A stretch of 64,000 nt of DNA from Octopus sinensis (GCF_006345805.1 NC_043022.1:4650001-4714000), one strand, 5' to 3'. Positions 13,432 to 25,857 are shown, numbered from the stretch's first letter. Program-made: numbers and translations. The notes: generated from the letters alone by a model not told the origin.

Positions 13432-13992
13432 GGGGAGAGCAGTGCATGCCATCAAAGCAACATTGGGGTACAAATAGACGAAGCCCAGTATACCCATTAT
13501 GACTACCTGTCTGATAAGGGTACACCAGGCTCGGGCATCACATCCATAATGTATGCAACATGATGATCTCATATCAAGATAAACAGTGCATGACCTTGCA
13601 GGTGGGGCCCAGTTAGAATTTTCTTCAGGTCGAGTAGCCCTTCCTGCTCAAAAGGTCCTGGAATAAGGGTTGTTTAAGGATATTGAATGAAACAGCCATG
13701 TTTCCAGAGGTGAATTATTCAAACCCCAAAGAATTCCTCTCGACACACATCTATGATGCTCCCCCACTACTTCTGCTCGTGATCAGAGATGCACATATCG
13801 TCAGCCACTAAGGGACATGCTCAACTGGTTAAGGTCAAACAACTGACAAGCAAATCTGTGGTACTGAGCAGAATATTTGCTGCAGCCCATCTTTTATACC
13901 AACACAAAACAATGTACATGATAACACTTGCAATCAGTTAAGATCAGAAGCCATGAGAGCCACTGCTTGGTACAGCATCAGGGCATTTATTA
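13432..13992 (-). mobile_element. Unclassified interspersed element (family E) with probable (TAA)n(GAA)n tail
   Basis: About 560 bp bounded by (ATT)n tracts; SINE D sits in its tail; only one copy here. Confidence 0.4.
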
Positions 13993-14643
13993 TTATTGTT
14001 GTTGTTCAACCTTTGGTAGTTTCAGGCAAATTCCTGTTGTGTCACCTGCTACATGTCCTTGTTGCTACTCACGCCTGCCCTACAATGTCATTCTAAAAAG
14101 AAACAATCACATCATTGAAATCTCAAAGCTATGAGATAATGAATGATTAATTGAAAACAAGGTGGATAAATATGGATTACATTGAACAGAGTAATCTGTC
14201 AGAATAATGCCAAAGGTCTAATCAAAGATCTCTTTCAAGGAAATCCAGTTACAGAGGTTACACAACTTTGGCAGTCATTGTAGAACAACAACAAACCCCT
14301 TCCTGAGCAAAACAGGAAAGAAAAGGACGCTAATCCTCTTTGCAGCTTTACACAGATTAATTCTGTTATTACCATATTTCCATTTGTCAAATCTATCTGC
14401 AAAGATAAACAATATTTGAGGGTTTAATGCTGAAATCAGTTGCCAAAGGAAGATTCCGTAAATTTGATCCCGTCGGTAACTATTTCAAAAGGGCATATCT
14501 ATTATTTCATGTGTGTGTGGCTGTGTGGTCAAGAAGCTTCTCCTCCCAACCACATGCTTCTGGGTTCAGTCTCATTCTATGGCACCTTGCTCAAGTGTCC
14601 CTTTTTATAGCCTCAGGATGATGATGATGTATATATATAAATA

Positions 14644-15049
14644 GGCGCAGGTGTGGCTGTGTGGTAAGTAGCTTGCTAACCAACCACATGGTTCCGGGTT
14701 CAGTCCCACTGCGTGGCACCTTGGGCAACTGTCTTCTACTATAGCCTCGGGCCGACCAAAGCCTTGTGAGTGGATTTGGTAGACGGAAACTAAAAGAAGC
14801 CTGTCGTATATATGTATATATATATATATGTATGTGTGTGTATGTTTGTGTGTCTGTGTTTGTCCCCCTAGCATTGCTTGACAACCAATGCTGGTGTGCA
14901 TACGTCCCCGTAACTTAGCGGTTCAGCAAAAGAGACCGATAGAATAAGTACTGGGCTTACTAAAGAATAAGTCCCGGGGTCGAGTTGCTCGATTAAAGGC
15001 GGTGCTCCAGCATGGCCGCAGTCAAATGACTGAAACAAGTAAAAGAGTA
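14644..15049 (+). mobile_element. SINE family A
   Basis: Matches 114-503; partial head also at 14516-14617. Confidence 0.9.
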
Positions 15050-15127
15050 TATACAGAAATACGCACACATATGTATACACACACACATATATGTATATAT
15101 ATATATATATATATATACATACATATG

Positions 15128-15276
15128 TGGGCTGTGTGGTAAGAAGCTTGCTTCCCAACCACATGGTTCTGGGTTCAGTCCCACTGCATGACACCTTGGG
15201 CAAGTGTTTTTTACTATACCCACGGGCCTACAAAAGCCTTGTGAGTACATTTGGCAGATGGAATCTGTAAGAATCC

Positions 15277-15317
<41 letters not shown>

Positions 15318-15540
15318 GTATATCTTTGTGTCTGTATTTGTCCCCCACCACCACTTGACAACTGGTGTTGGTGTGTTTACATCCCCATAACTTAGCAGTT
15401 CAGCAAAAGAGACTGATAGAGCAAGCACCAGGCTTCAAAAACAAATAAGAACTGGCACTGATCCATTCACCCCAAAATTCTTCAATGCGGAGCTCCAGCA
15501 TGGCCGCTGTCAAATGCCTGAGACAATTAAAAAATAAAAG
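15128..15540 (+). mobile_element. SINE family A, diverged variant
   Basis: Same modules, more substitutions. Confidence 0.85.
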
Positions 15541-15596
15541 ATATATACACACATATACATAAAGCTGTACAATACACACAAAATACATATGTATAA

Positions 15597-15637
<41 letters not shown>

Positions 15638-16120
15638 TAAATACACACACACACATATATGTATATATCTATATTCACATGCAAACCCTTTAGTTCAATT
15701 GCCATTAAGGGCTTCTGTTTTTTTACCCCATAAGAGGTACTTTTAGAAGAGACAGCTGCTGCCTCCCCCCTTTTCTATGACTCATATCCCATCATGCACC
15801 ACTCATCACCTTGGACCCCTTTATCAGATCTTCTCATCAATGGAATATTTTTACAAGATGCCTTTTTTTTTTTTCCTTTCTTCAAAATAAAAATATATCA
15901 AACATACATTTCTCTTCACATTAACAAAACTTTATGCATATTTACATACACATACATACATATACATATCTATATGTGTGTGTATATTATACACACATAG
16001 ATTATATATATATATATATACACATATATGTAAATATGTGATATGTGTATGTGTATATAAGTATACATATATATATAATATATATATATATATATGTATA
16101 TGTATATGTATATATGTATA

Positions 16121-16153
<33 letters not shown>

Positions 16154-16350
16154 CTATATGTGTGTGTATATTACACACACCACAGATATATTATATATAT
16201 ACACATATATGTAAATATGTGATGTTTGTATAAGTATACATATATATATATATATACATATACATACATATATATATAACATATATATATACATATACAT
16301 ATATATATATATATTATATACATATATATATATACATATATATATATATA

Positions 16351-16392
<42 letters not shown>

Positions 16393-16479
16393 ATGTATCT
16401 GTAAATTATATAAATATGAGTGCTTGTGTACATAATATAAATAAATATGAATGTGCGTGTGCATGTGTGAAATACACGG

Positions 16480-17222
16480 CATTTCAAAAACTATTACATC
16501 ACTTCCCCACCATCACCGATTTCTTCAAGCATTAAACCTCCGATGCCACCACCTCCCCCCCCCCCAACCAAAAAAATTCCAAACCTTTTGTGCAATTTTA
16601 GCAAAAGAGAAAGAAAAATCAAGAGAAAGAGAAAGAAAGAAAGGGGGGGGAGAAGGGAGACAACCCCCTCTGCCGTTCCCCTTCATTTTTTTAAAAACAT
16701 TTCTTTTTGTTGTTCAATGGAAACATTTTAAACTCCATCTTGTGTTGCTGTATCTTCTGCCATTCTTTTACCAGACGTCTTTAATGATTTCTCACCAAGT
16801 ATTTCAATATTTTGATTATTTCTGGAGCAAACCTATTTCCCTCTTCCATTTCCGATGGAATATCTTTAATGCCAGGTTTTCTTATGAGTCTCAAACAAAT
16901 AAAAGAATCGCTCCCTTCCCCTGCCATCAAGCCAAAATTATTATTTTTTTTTTTGCCTTTCCATATTTCTTCTGACTTTTCTGTTCCTGTTTTTGTATAT
17001 CATTATTTTATTTCAAAGGATTTCAGTTAAATATTCAATTATCGTTAGGAGTTTACCCCAGCATCGTTAACAAAATATATCCTTTATTCCTATTAAAATT
17101 TTTTCACCAACCATCAGAAGCGAAGCTGGAATCAGGCAACGTTTTGTGGGTTAAATGGCTGGCACTGGAACAGTGGCAGATTAAAGATCTTGCTCTGAAA
17201 GACACTCATTTTAGCGCCACTG
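16480..17222. other. Non-repetitive island, possible UTR or exon
   Basis: About 740 bp unique sequence between microsatellites; only short unrecognised ORFs. Confidence 0.3.
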
Positions 17223-17372
17223 CTATATGGCTGTGTTTCTGTGTGTATGTATATGTATATGAGTGTATGTACGTCTATGTATGTATGTGAGCATGTGTAT
17301 GTATATAGTTATATTAGTGTGTGTATATATATATATATAATATATATATATATTATATATATATATATATAC

Positions 17373-17405
<33 letters not shown>

Positions 17406-17407
<2 letters not shown>

Positions 17408-17567
17408 CGCAGGAGTGGCTGTGTGGTAAGTAGCTTGCTAACCAACCACATGGTTCCGGTTCAGTCCCACTGCGTGGCAACTTGGGCAAGTGTCTTCTAC
17501 TATAGCCTCGGGCCGACCAAAGCCTTGTGAGTGGATTTGGTAGACGGAAACTGAAAGAAGCCTGTCG

Positions 17568-17633
<66 letters not shown>

Positions 17634-17840
17634 GTGTGTTTGTGTGTCTGTGTTTGTCCCCCTAGCATTGCTTGACAACTGATGCTGGTGTGTGTTACGT
17701 CCCCGTCACTTAGCGGTTCAGCAAAAGAGACCGATAGAATAAGTACTGGGCTTACAAAGAATAGACCCAGGGCGATTTGCTTGACTAAAGGCGGTGCTCC
17801 AGCATGGCCGCAGTCAAATGACTGAAACAAGTAAAAAAAA
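17406..17840 (+). mobile_element. SINE family A, followed by an inverted tail fragment at 17871-17948
   Basis: Direct match. Confidence 0.9.
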
Positions 17841-18140
17841 AAAAATAATACCTATATATATATATATATACTCTTTACTCTTTTATTTGTTTCAGTCATT
17901 TGACTGTGGCAATGCTGGAGCACCGCCTTTAGTCAAACAAACCGACCCCCCCAGGAGCTATGTCTTCTGTTACGACCGTTTTCTTTGACCCAATGAAACC
18001 CAAAATGGTTGGGAAGCAATCATCTTGCTGCACTGGCTTTTATTTAGTCGCTGAGGGGTTCATCAAACCATTTACCAAACTTGGCAAGTGGCATGAGGCA
18101 CCAGTAACCAGTTGTTAGAACTATACAAGTATATATATAA

Positions 18141-18315
18141 AAAGCACCCACTACACTCATGGAGTGGTTGGCGTTAGGAAGGGCATCCAGCTGTAGAAAC
18201 TCTGCCAGATCAGACTGGAGCCTGGTGCAGCCTTCTGGCTTCCCAGATCCCCGGTCGAACCATCCAACCCATGCTAGCATGGAGAACGGACGTTAAATGA
18301 TGATGATGATGATGA
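18141..18315 (+). mobile_element. Family C 3' part
   Basis: Conserved 3' block and (GAT)n tail. Confidence 0.85.
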
Positions 18316-18589
18316 TATATATATACACATATACATTTGTGCATCTTTGTGTCTGTGTTTGTGCCCTGCTCCCCCTCCTGCATCACTTGACAACCAATGC
18401 TAGTGTATTTACATCCCTGTAACTTAGCAGTTCGGCATAAGAGCTAGAATAAATGCTAGACTTACAAAGACTAAGTTTTGAGGTCGACTATTTTGACTAA
18501 AACCCTTTACGGCAGTGTTCCAGTATGGCCACAATCAAATGACTAAAACAAGTATAAAAGAACATATATATATATATATCATCATCATC

Positions 18590-18870
18590 TCATCATCATC
18601 ATCATCGTTTAACGTCCGTTTTCCGCGCTAGCATGGGTTGGACGGTTCGATCGGGGATCTGGGAAGCCAGAAGGCTGCACCAGGCTCCAGTCTTATCTGG
18701 CAATGTTTCTACAGCTGGATGCCCTTCCTAACGCCAACCACTCCATGAGTGTAGTGGGTGCTTTTTACGTGCCACCTGTACAGGTGCCAGGCGAGGCTGG
18801 CAATGGCCAAGGTCGGATTGGTGTATTTTACATGCCACCAGCACGGAAGCCAGTCGAGGCGGTGCTGGCA
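18590..18870 (-). mobile_element. Family C 3' part
   Basis: Reverse-complement match. Confidence 0.85.
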
Positions 18871-18971
18871 TATATATATACACACGTGTGTGTGTGTGTG
18901 TAACCTATATAGTTGACATATAAATATAGCAACTTTATTTCTTTGTAAAATGTAAAAAAAAAAAAAGAGAA

Positions 18972-19020
18972 TAACCTAATTCAATTTTCTAATCTTATTG
19001 GGGTCTCATCAGAGGTGTTT
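18972..19020 (-). ncRNA. Degenerate type I hammerhead ribozyme motif (family H3, copy 1)
   Basis: AAACACCT-CTGATGA-GACCCCAATAAGATTA-GAA-AATTGAAT-T-AGGTTA; stem II decayed. Confidence 0.55.
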
Positions 19021-19266
19021 GCATCAATTTGACCAATTACTGAGAAACAAACAGGCAATCTGTTTTTATACTTGACAACTACTGTAGTGACAGAAAACTT
19101 GAGTGACTAATTTGCATATTGTAAGTGTATCTAATACGAGGGGCCTATCAATGAGAATCTCAGTCTATACAATATCAAGGTATGACATAATAATATATGT
19201 GACCTAAAGAGTAGATGTATAAATAGAACTAATTTAGGTATTTTTCTACAGACTGAAGAAAACAAT

Positions 19267-19318
19267 AAACAGCCTCAATCGATTTTCAAGCCTTACTGGG
19301 GTCTCATCAGAGGTGTCT
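19267..19318 (-). ncRNA. Degenerate type I hammerhead ribozyme motif (family H3, copy 2)
   Basis: AGACACCT-CTGATGA-GACCCCAGTAAGGCTT-GAA-AATCGATT(palindrome)-G-AGGCTGTTT; 298 nt from copy 1. Confidence 0.6.
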
Positions 19319-19494
19319 ACATCAATTTCACCAATCCCTGAGAAACAAGCAGACAGTCTGGTTCTGTGTGTGTGTACTGGGGTGGCCAAGTATCTCCTAT
19401 ACAGTAAGACTTGTATGTCTGTCGCTCTGTTATACTCTAGCCTCTCACCTGGCTCTCAGCCACACCCCTTGTTTCCACTCCTTCTCTCAGCTGA

Positions 19495-19704
19495 GAGGTC
19501 CTTGTCTTGCAAGGCACTTGGTAACTCTGCTGGTGCCACATAAAAGGCACACAGTCCACTCCCTAAGTTGGTCAGCATTAGGAAAGGCATCCAGCTGTAC
19601 AAATGGAACCTGGTGCAGCTCTCCAGCCTTGCCATCTCTGGTGAAACCATGCCACCCATGCCAGCATGAAAAATGAACGTTAAATGACGATGATGATGAT
19701 GATG

Positions 19705-19706
<2 letters not shown>
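19495..19706 (+). mobile_element. Family C 3' part, older variant
   Basis: AGGAAAGGCATCCAGCTG...CATGCCAGCATG..ACGTTAAA(TGA)n. Confidence 0.8.
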
Positions 19707-19738
<32 letters not shown>

Positions 19739-20336
19739 ATGCGAGCATGTGCGTGTGTGTCTTTCAACGCCTTCTTCTACCCTCAAGAGACGTAGAGACA
19801 ACGATATGAATTTTAAGACCCTGAAGTAGTCGTGTCTAAGTCGCTCGTTAATGCAACGAACATTCCAGCAACTAATTAGCGGGCGTTATTGATGACTGAC
19901 ACAACAAATATTAAGACATTCTAGGGCTGGGGTTAGCGAGGGAGCAGAGAAGCCAGAGGGGCAGATACATTCGTTTATTAATCTTTATTCATCTCTATCA
20001 TTAAACACCATCAACCATTTTGCAATATCACTTCCCAATTAATGCCACAGAAACCAACAAAGATAATGTCCTTATCTGTTTGTGTCTATCAATGGCTGTC
20101 TGCTTCTTTGTCTCTCCGTGTCTGTCTCTTTGTTTATGGCCGTCTCACAGTCTATATATTTGCTTGTCTCTGTCTGTATGTCTGTCTATGTTTACACATG
20201 CATGCGCACACACACGTGTGTCTATTAACCCCTTATTTTTCTGATCCCTCTTTTACATATAATCCTTAGTTATTCACTTTATTTTGAATTAATCTTGCAT
20301 TATCTCTGAGCTTTCAGATTTCAATGATATCCCTCT

Positions 20337-20780
20337 TTTACTCTTTTACTCTTTTACTCTTTTACTTGTTTCAGTCATTTGACTGCGGCCATGCTGGAGC
20401 ACCGCCTTTAGTCGAGCAATTCGACCCCGGGACTTATTCTTTGTAAGCCCAGTACTTATTCTATCGGTCTCTTTTGCCGAACCGCTAAGTGACGGGGGAC
20501 ATAACACACCAGCATCGGTTGTCAAGCAATGCTAGGGGGACAAACACAGACACCAACACACACACACACCACATATATATATATATATATATATAATATT
20601 ATATATATACATATATACGACGGGCTTCTTTCAGTTTCCGTCTACCAAATCCACTCACAAGGCATTGGTCGGCCCGGGGCTATAGCAGAAGACACTTGCC
20701 CAAGATGCCACGCAGTGGGACTGAACCCGGAACCATGTGGTTGGTTAGCAAGCTACTTACCACACAGCCACTCCTGCGCC
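20337..20780 (-). mobile_element. SINE family A
   Basis: Full-length reverse copy. Confidence 0.9.
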
Positions 20781-21164
20781 TATGATTTTTACAATGACAT
20801 TCTTGGGTAGGTATGAGAGGCCAGATCTGGCCAGTTTCAACATAAAACATGTGGAATATTATGGCTAGATATGGCTGGTCTAACCCTTTAGCCTTCAGAT
20901 TACTTTGTCAAATCTAATCCTTATTTATTCCCATTGTTTTGAATTAATCCTGCATAATCTCATAGCTTTGAATTTCAATGATCATCATTGTGTAACGTCT
21001 GCTTTCCATGCTGGCATGGGTTGGACGGTTTGATCAGGACTCGGTAAACTGGAAGGCTGCACCAGACTCCAGTCTGATTTGGCATGGTTTTCTACAGCTG
21101 GATGCCTTTCCTATCACCAACCACTCCAAGAGTGTAGTGGGTGCTTTTTACATACCTATTTCTT

Positions 21165-21356
21165 TACTACCCACAGAGAGGACAAACGGATTAATTTGAT
21201 TATATCGACCCCAGTTCGTAACTGGTACTTATTTAATCGACCCCGAAAGGATGAAAGGTAAAGTCGACCTCGGCGGAATTTGAACTCAGAACGTAGTGGC
21301 AGACGAAATACTGCTAAGCATTTCGCCCGGCGTGCTAACGATTCTGCCAGCTCGCC
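21165..21356 (-). mobile_element. SINE family B
   Basis: Reverse copy, flanked by family C fragments (20995-21150 and 21357-21456). Confidence 0.85.
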
Positions 21357-21456
21357 GGCATGGGAGCCAGTCAGGCAGCGCTGGGATCGACCACTTTCAG
21401 ATGCTGCTTTTTACATGCTACCAGCACAGGAGCCAGTCAGGGTGGAGAAGGGGGAG

Positions 21457-22191
21457 GGCTGGCGTAATCCTTATGACATGCATAAGATCTGGTCATCAAA
21501 TCTAAGTAGAGACTTCAAACTTGAAATCTTCAAAGCCACAGTCGAACCAATTCTACTATATGGCTCAGAAACCTGGACGTTATCAAAGAAGCTTGAGAGG
21601 CGGTTGGATGGAACCTACACTCGCCTCCTTATGAGAGCTCAAAATCTCTCGTGGAAGCGTCATCCAACCAAAATGCAAATATATGGGAATCTACCACCTG
21701 TGTCATCTCTTGTGAAAGGTAGGAGAGTCCAGTTTGCTGGACATTGTTGTAGAGCTGAAAAAGAAGTAATTTCTACTCTTCTCCTCTGGAAGCCATCTGC
21801 TCGCATACCAGAGGGCGCACACTCTTCGAGAGGTGATTGGATGGAACCTACACTCGCCTCTTATATGAGAGCTCAAAATCTCTCGTGGAAGCGCCATCCA
21901 ACCAAAATGCAAATATATGGGAAACTACCACCTGTGTCATCTCTTGTGAAAGGTAGGAGAGTCCAGTTTGCTGGACATTGTTTGAGCTGAAAAAGAGGTA
22001 ATTTCTACTCTTCTCCTCTGGAAGCCATCTACTCGCAATACCAGAGGGCGCACACTCTCCTACCCTGATGTAATCTCCAGGAATACAGGCATCCAGCAAC
22101 AGGACCTCTGTAATGCTATGATGGACCGTGAAGTCTGGCGTAGCATGGTAAATTCCATCGTCTCGACCATGGTCAAACAATGATGATGATG
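21457..22191 (+). mobile_element. RTE-type LINE 3' end with internal ~233-bp tandem duplication
   Basis: DMHKIWSSNL...IFKATVEPILLYGSETWTL...RRVQFAGHC...LLLWKP...YPDVISR...MMDREVWRSMV; (TGA)n tail. Confidence 0.9.
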
Positions 22192-22672
22192 TAATCCTTT
22201 ATTTTTAGAATGACATTACAGAATAGGCGTAAGAGGCTGGATCTAGACAGTTTTAACATAAAACAGGTGGGATTTGTGGGCCAGATATGGCCAACCCTGT
22301 CAAATGTAATGCTTATTATTTGCATTATCTCAAAGCTTTGAGATTTCAAGGGTGTTATTGCTTATCTTTAAAATGACATTGTCGGATAGGTGTGAGAGGC
22401 TGGATCTGATCTGTTTGAACATAAAACAGGTAGAATATAGGGGACAGGATATGGCTGATTCAACCCTTTCACATTCAGATTACACTGTCAAATGTAATAC
22501 TTATCGGATTATTTTGGATTAATCATGGATTAGCTTTGCGATTTCAATGATGTGACTGTTTATTTTAGAATGACATTGTCGGGTAGGTGTGAAAGACCAA
22601 ATCCAGCCAGTTTGCCCTGAAAACAGGTATAATATTTGGATCTGAAATGGCCAGATGTTAAAGGGTTGACAT
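22192..22672 (+). mobile_element. Degenerate multimers of the TTAA-MITE family (related pieces at 20215-20330, 20790-20990, 14080-14225, 51445-51552)
   Basis: Repeated CAGATTACTCTGTCAAATGTAAT / TTTTAGAATGACATTGT..GGTAGGTGTGAGAGG..GATCT blocks. Confidence 0.7.
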
Positions 22673-23560
22673 TGGCTAACAGCTTATTGTTGTCTATGTC
22701 TCTCTGTGTGGCTATCTACATCTGTCAGCCTGTGTCTGACTACATCTGTCTGTATGTCAGTCCATTTCTGTTTGTATGTCGTCTACCCCTTGATCTGTCT
22801 GTTTGTCTGAGTCTATCTATCTCTTTATGTCTATTTGCCTATGTTTATACGTCTGTGCGTCAGTCTCTGTATGTCCACCTACGCCTGTCTGTGTCTATGT
22901 CCATGTATTTATGTCTAGCTCTATATCTGTTTCTCTCTCTCTCTCTCTCTGTCAGTATATCTACCTGGCTGTGTCTGTCTACCTGTCCATCTATCTATCT
23001 CTCTATCTATATTTATTGATCTATCTATCTTCCTGCCTATATACCTATTCATATCTCAGTTTCTCTCTCTCTCACTCATTCTCTGTTTCAACATCTCTCA
23101 AACAATAATTCTCTCTTACTATATTCTCCTTCTCTGAAGCTATCTTTCTGTTTACAACTCTGTCTGTCTGTCTCTCTCCCCTTCTCTCCTTATCTGTCCG
23201 TCCGTCCGTCCGTCCGTCCATCTATCTATGTCTCTACGTCAATGTCTATCCATCAATCAGTTAAATATCCATTAATAACCCATAATTAAATCACTTCAAT
23301 CTCTGACAAGCAAATTATTGATTGCCAATTGATTGATTATCAACAAACTTCTAATTCTGAAATATTCCATCCATCTTGACGACTTCCTCATTGTCTTTCC
23401 CACCATGGCTGTCGCCATTGGCCTCCTTATTCTTCCTCTCTCCTCCTTGCCATTCTCATCATCATCGTCATTATCATTGCCATTGTCATCACTATAATCA
23501 TCATCATCATTGTCATCATCTTCATCATAATTATCATCAACTCCATCATATATTTTTTAT

Positions 23561-24027
23561 GACTGGCTTCTGTGCCGGTGGCACATAAAAAGCACCATCC
23601 GAACATGGCCAATGCCAGCGCCGCCTCGACTGGCTTCAGTGCCGGTGGCACATAAAAAGCACCATCCGAACATGGCCGATGCCAGCGCCACCTCGACTGG
23701 CTTCAGTGCCGGTGGCACATAAGAAGCAACATTCGAACGTGGCTGATGCCAGCGCCGCCTTGGCTGGCTTCTGTGCCAGTGGCACGTTAAAAGCATCAAC
23801 CAATCATGGCCGATGCCGGACTCCCCTGGCACCTGTGCAGGTGGCACGTAAAAAGCACCCACTACACTCGCGGAGTGGTTGGCGTTAGGAAGGGCATCCA
23901 GCTGTAGAAACACTGCCAGATCAGACTGGAGCCTGGTGCAGCCTCCTGGCTTCCCAGACCCCGGTCGAACCGTCCAACCCGTGCTAGCACGGAGAACGGA
24001 CGTTAAACGATGATGATGATGATGATG
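23561..24027 (+). mobile_element. Family C with internal 67-bp tandem array (x4)
   Basis: Units start at 23561, 23628, 23695 and 23762, then the conserved 3' block and (GAT)n. Confidence 0.9.
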
Positions 24028-24363
24028 TAGTGTAGCCACAGGTCAGCCCCGACAAAGCAACAACAATGACCAAAAACTATTCCAACATTTCAGGAAACTG
24101 TCAGCAGAGCTAAATACTCGAACGCTGTCCATTTCTTATTTAACCTATCAACCATCACACTGACCCCTTGTTGTTCATCGCAGACTTCACACAACCACCT
24201 GATATGCCTGTCTTCCATATTGGCATCAGTTGGACAATTTGACAAGGACTGGCAAGGCCAGAGGTGACACCAGGGTCCATTGGTCTATTTTGGAATGGTT
24301 CCTAACAGCGATGACTGGACAGTGTATACTGGATGCTTGTAACATGGCACCATCAGCAGAGTG

Positions 24364-24709
24364 AAGGCAAATGGCGCAGTGGTTAGAGTGTCGGACCTAC
24401 AACCATGAAGTAGTGAGTTCAATTCCCGACTGGGCTGCGTGTTGTGTTCTTGAGCAAGGCACTTTATTTCACGTTGCTCCAGTTCGCTCAGCTGTAGAAA
24501 TGACTTGTGACGTCACTGGTGCCAAGCTGTATCGGCCCCTTTGCCTTTCCCTTGGACAACATCAGTGGTATGAAGAGGTGGGAGGCTGGTATGCATGGGT
24601 GACTGCTGGTCTTCCATAAACAACCTTTCCCAGACTTGTGCCTCAGAGGGGAACTTTCTAGGTACAACCCCATGGTCATTCATGACTGAAGGGGGGTCTT
24701 TATCCTTTA
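24364..24709 (+). mobile_element. SINE family G (tRNA head, CTTGAGCAAGGCACTT core, (CCTTTA)n tail)
   Basis: A-box TGGCGCAGTGG, B-box GAGTTCAATTCC; 3' part repeated at 25950-26110, head fragment at 61780-61870. Confidence 0.8.
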
Positions 24710-24719
24710 TATATGTATA

Positions 24720-24881
24720 GGCACAGGAGTGGCTGTATGGTAAGAAGCTTGCTTCCCAACCGTATGGTTCCGGGTTCAGTCCCACTGTATGGCATCTTGG
24801 GCAAGTGTTTCTACTATAGCCTTGGGCTGACCAAAGTCTTGTGAGTGGATTTGGTAGACAGAAACTGAAAGAAGCCCATTG

Positions 24882-24918
<37 letters not shown>

Positions 24919-25118
24919 CATGTATATGTATGTATGTATGTATATGTATATGTTTGTCACCCACCCACTATCACTTGACAACTGATACTGGTTTGTTTAC
25001 ATCCCTGTAACTTAGCAGTTCGACAAAAGAGCCCGACAGAATAGGTACTAGGGTCAATTTGTTTGACTAAAGGTGGTGCTCAAGCATGGCCGCAGTCAAA
25101 TGACTGAGACAAATAAGA
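24720..25118 (+). mobile_element. SINE family A
   Basis: Direct match. Confidence 0.85.
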
Positions 25119-25236
25119 TATTATATTTATATATATATATATATATATACACACACATAGAATATATAGGGTAGCGAATATTTTTAGAAATATCACCACC
25201 AGTGGCCTAGCATGTATAAAAAGTCAATAGACAACA

Positions 25237-25456
25237 TATTCTCAATATTAACTAGTGTACATTTAAACACAAGTGAAAACTACCTTTAACAGGTAACTTT
25301 ACATGCTAGAAGAAGCAGTCAAAATGACCCAAACCACATTCAAGAGAAATTAATGTGGTTTTGGTCGTTTTGACTGCTTCTTCTAGCGTGTAAAAATTAC
25401 CTGTTAAAGATAGTTTTCTCTTGTGTTTAAATGTACTCTATTTTATATTGAGTATA
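25237..25456. repeat. Long foldback palindrome (arms about 104 bp, loop 11 nt), MITE-like
   Basis: 25237-25340 is the reverse complement of 25352-25456, with scattered mismatches. Confidence 0.92.
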
Positions 25457-25857
25457 TCTTTATATATAAAAGTGAGGTTGTGTGCTGTCTGTCTCCTACG
25501 ATTTAGATTCCTAACTACTCCCACGTTTTGCGGTGCAGTTTAACCAAAACCGGGTATCTTATAGTTGTGGTTCATATCGAGCCCTTCTGGGTATTAGCGC
25601 GCGTCTACGATGAGTCTACGATTTAAAAAAAAATTTACCATCATTTTTTCCATTTTAATGCATTTCTTTCGCTATTATATAAGGGAAGTGACTTTCTAAA
25701 AATGTCTACGATGAGTCAACGATTTAAAAAAAAATTTACCATAATTTTTTTTCCATTTTTAATGCATTTTTTTGCTATTTTTTGGCTATAACTCTCTAAA
25801 AATGCTTATATAGTTATTTCCCTTACAAACCCGAGCAATGCCGGGTGATACTGCTAG
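25457..25857 (+). mobile_element. Non-autonomous Helitron, copy 1
   Basis: A|TC start, CCCGAGCAATGCCGGG hairpin then CTAG|T end, no TSD; two internal ~101-bp units. Confidence 0.88.
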
